Of a stretch of 64,000 nucleotides of DNA, positions 59,556 through 64,000 are shown piece by piece. Below the pieces are notes generated by a model. The model saw only the letters and a list, made by a program, of their open reading frames with translations, was not told the DNA's origin and ran no database searches. The position numbers and the translations under genes were made by a program. Source of the DNA: Minutocellus sp. GHC0000111 (lineage: Eukaryota); NCBI GenBank assembly GCA_977018835.1, contig OZ361259.1, positions 4,340,001 to 4,404,000 on the forward strand, in the 5' to 3' direction. Each line of letters begins with the position of its first letter. The first letter of the stretch is position 1.

Positions 59556-60491
59556 CGAAGGTCCGGCTCGAAAATTCCGCACACAGGCTGAGCTATCGAG
59601 GGGGAAAAATCACGCACAAAAAACGATGACGACGCACGAAAATTTGCTCTCATTGGCGGCCGATTCGGGGGCGGATGCACGAACAAAAACCACAACAATC
59701 AACCATACAAACATTTTCATACATGTCTTGGGCGTGTGTCTCTGCATTTCTGGGTGGTGGATGGATTGGGCGGCTGTGGCTCTCTCACGGCATCACTTCT
59801 CATCCGCGGCCCTTTTTCGCGTGCTCGAACACAGGTTGATTGTTTTGATTTGTGTTTTCTCATACAATAGCATGCCAATCAAGCTGAAACTTTTGCATGC
59901 GTAGCGCAATGGCATCGGCCAGCCTCGGGAATGCCGCCCACATCTTGCCTGCCTTGCAAATGTGCAGCGGCCAGAGAAAGAGAGAGCAACCAAACAGCAG
60001 CCCCGCCAGGGCACCCGGGCCATCTGCTGTAGCCCCTCTCTCCCACCTCTGCAATGAACACCAACAATGAACACTCAGGACAGAAAGCACGACATGCCAG
60101 CCAAGCTACGTAGAAACAGTGCACAGGCTACGAACCAGCGGATGGGAACCCACCCCTCCGATGCCATTTGGTCTGTCCGTCGCCACACCACCGAGACCAC
60201 ATGAGCAGCGGAGCTCTTGTAGTAGTAGCTTGCGGTGGGAAGCCCCTGATGTGGCAATCCGGGTTTCTTTGGCGGTACCGCGCGCGGCCCCCGCGCCGGC
60301 GGCGGACCAGCGCAAACCGCCATGTTGCAATGTTCGAATGTAGTAGAGGAATCGAATCCTATGAAAACCGCTGATTGCTGATCATCCACATGTGCATCAC
60401 TGTCACTGCCCGAGCACCTTCAACATTCCAGAGTTCTGAGGCCACCGCAGCGGAGAGGAACGGCTGATCAGAACAATTCTTGTACACAGGC

Positions 60492-61913
60492 ATGATCACC
60501 ATCGATTCTGATGTGAGAGCTGTGCTATCGAATGAGGTTGAAGAGAGCCAACCGGCACAACCAGTATGCTCACAGCCCAACACGCCCGTCACCGTCGGAA
60601 TCGACACATGGAGCCTCTACAATTATGCGTACAACTTCCTCGAATCTTCCTTTTTGATTTACAGTTTTGCTGATCTGCGCAAATACGCGCGGGAGGGGCT
60701 CTTTGACGAGCAAAGCTGTGAGGCAATATTGACGGTACCGATACGAATCGAAACGGCTATTGAGCTGCTATGGAAACATCGGGATCTTCTTCAGAAAAAA
60801 TGGGGAGAGTTCGACACGCAACTATTCGTTGACTCAATGGATAGTGTGGAAAAAAGGATGGAAGTGGCTGCATGGGCCACTGGATATAGAGGATATTTGG
60901 CAGAAGAGCTTGGCGAGAAGGCGGGCGGTATTCAGTATTTCCACGACGAAAATGAGAAAGAGCCCACACAATGTGTCATTGTTGCAAATGTCCTTGCCAA
61001 GACTCTCTCCGTCGTCTTTCGTGGAACAAAGACTCTAAATGACGTTCAGGTGGACGCGAAGATGGCAATGAAAAACATAAATAACCCCCTCGCTGATGTC
61101 GAAGGACTCTCAGAGAAATTTCGGTTGCATCGCGGTTTTTCGGGATTTCTTTATAAAAAGGCCATCCAGGAGGTGGAAGGGGAACGTCGAAAGTGGAATG
61201 GGACAAGTACAAGAGGAGGGACCAAATGCCAAGAAATTTTGAGCAAGACGCTGGAAATATTGCAACAATTTCCTGACTACCATTTATGTGTGACAGGCCA
61301 TTCCATGGGAGGCGCTTTGGCAACACTGTTTGCTTTTGAGCTATCGGCGCTCCGGCACAGAGATGAGGAATTGATTCGCCACCCCATTACATGCGTTGCG
61401 GTTGCTTCTCCAATGCTAGGCGACAACAATTTTCGCAAAACTTTTCAATTTCTCGAGAGGGAAGGTCATCTGCAGTGTTTGAGGGTGGAGAACGATTTTG
61501 ATATCGTTCCACTTTACCCTTGGACTTCACTTAGCTTTCTTGGTGTGCCCTTCTCTCCCTTCTTTCCATCCGTGCGTTATCGACACGTTGGGGTGCAACT
61601 AAAAATTCACGCAACAAAAGAGACTTTTGAGTTATCGTATCCAAGATATCGAACGGGTGTTATTCTCTTTTTGATTGATCTCTGGTCGACAATCAAAAGA
61701 TTGTGTTGGCTGGCTCTGTGCTGTCTTTTCGTTTCAGCTAGAGAAGGTGTCAATCATCATTGTGGCGAATACAGAAAACGGCTCGTGGACAATGCTGAAA
61801 CCCTAGGACAGCTTACTCTGGCAAATGTTTATGAAAGAATACGTAAAGGTGAATCTGGTCTCCTCGAGACTTCGGGCCAACTTCGATTGAAAGCAGTGGA
61901 GCCGAGAATCTAG
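60492..61913 (+). CDS. Class 3 (fungal-type) lipase
   Basis: VVFRGT, LHRGF, VTGHSMGGALA, RVENDFDIVP and YRHVG. Confidence 0.88.
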   Translation: MITIDSDVRAVLSNEVEESQPAQPVCSQPNTPVTVGIDTWSLYNYAYNFLESSFLIYSFADLRKYAREGLFDEQSCEAILTVPIRIETAIELLWKHRDLLQKKWGEFDTQLFVDSMDSVEKRMEVAAWATGYRGYLAEELGEKAGGIQYFHDENEKEPTQCVIVANVLAKTLSVVFRGTKTLNDVQVDAKMAMKNINNPLADVEGLSEKFRLHRGFSGFLYKKAIQEVEGERRKWNGTSTRGGTKCQEILSKTLEILQQFPDYHLCVTGHSMGGALATLFAFELSALRHRDEELIRHPITCVAVASPMLGDNNFRKTFQFLEREGHLQCLRVENDFDIVPLYPWTSLSFLGVPFSPFFPSVRYRHVGVQLKIHATKETFELSYPRYRTGVILFLIDLWSTIKRLCWLALCCLFVSAREGVNHHCGEYRKRLVDNAETLGQLTLANVYERIRKGESGLLETSGQLRLKAVEPRI

Positions 61914-61972
61914 TCCATCTTTTAACTAGCTACGTGGTCACCAATATATCACTATTATGCCCTAGCTAGACA

Positions 61973-64000
<2,028 letters not shown>

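Larger units (their letters stand above)
50880..59730. mobile_element. Putative ~9-kb tyrosine-recombinase DNA element with cargo; ends approximate
   Basis: YR gene at one end, followed by ~6 kb of compositionally distinct A-rich DNA with orphan ORFs and four copies of a 16-bp palindrome, lying between ordinary host genes. Confidence 0.55.

Overview
Gene-dense eukaryotic DNA, almost certainly a diatom: ASAFAP-type bipartite plastid signals, a bZIP-PAS factor, a CoDi-type Copia element and short GT-AG introns. It holds about 21 host genes (rhomboid, CDK-like kinase, Lsm11-like, fatty-acid hydroxylase, S10 carboxypeptidase, TFIIE-alpha, retropepsin-like protease, S49 peptidase, PI4K-gamma, M3 peptidase, rhodanese, bZIP-PAS, cpSRP54, METTL5, class-3 lipase, PEX6 and hypotheticals). 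It also holds four mobile elements: an 8.4-kb split-direct-repeat tyrosine-recombinase retrotransposon (Ngaro/PAT-like, 691-9133), a 205-bp hAT MITE, a 5'-truncated Copia with a Tudor-like module after its integrase, and a ~9-kb Crypton-like tyrosine-recombinase element with strand-skewed cargo and four 16-bp palindromes. The most striking signal is a systematic TpA->CpA/TpG change (A:T->G:C on both strands) in both retroelements. It turns conserved Tyr codons into His or Cys, leaves ~1 kb with no TpA, and explains both mismatches between the element's own direct repeats. This looks like a 'reverse-RIP' repeat-mutagenesis system. About half of the host genes also carry nonsense, frameshift, duplication or deletion lesions, which suggests a decaying haplotype or assembly error. 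All family assignments come from motif recognition by eye; no searches were run.
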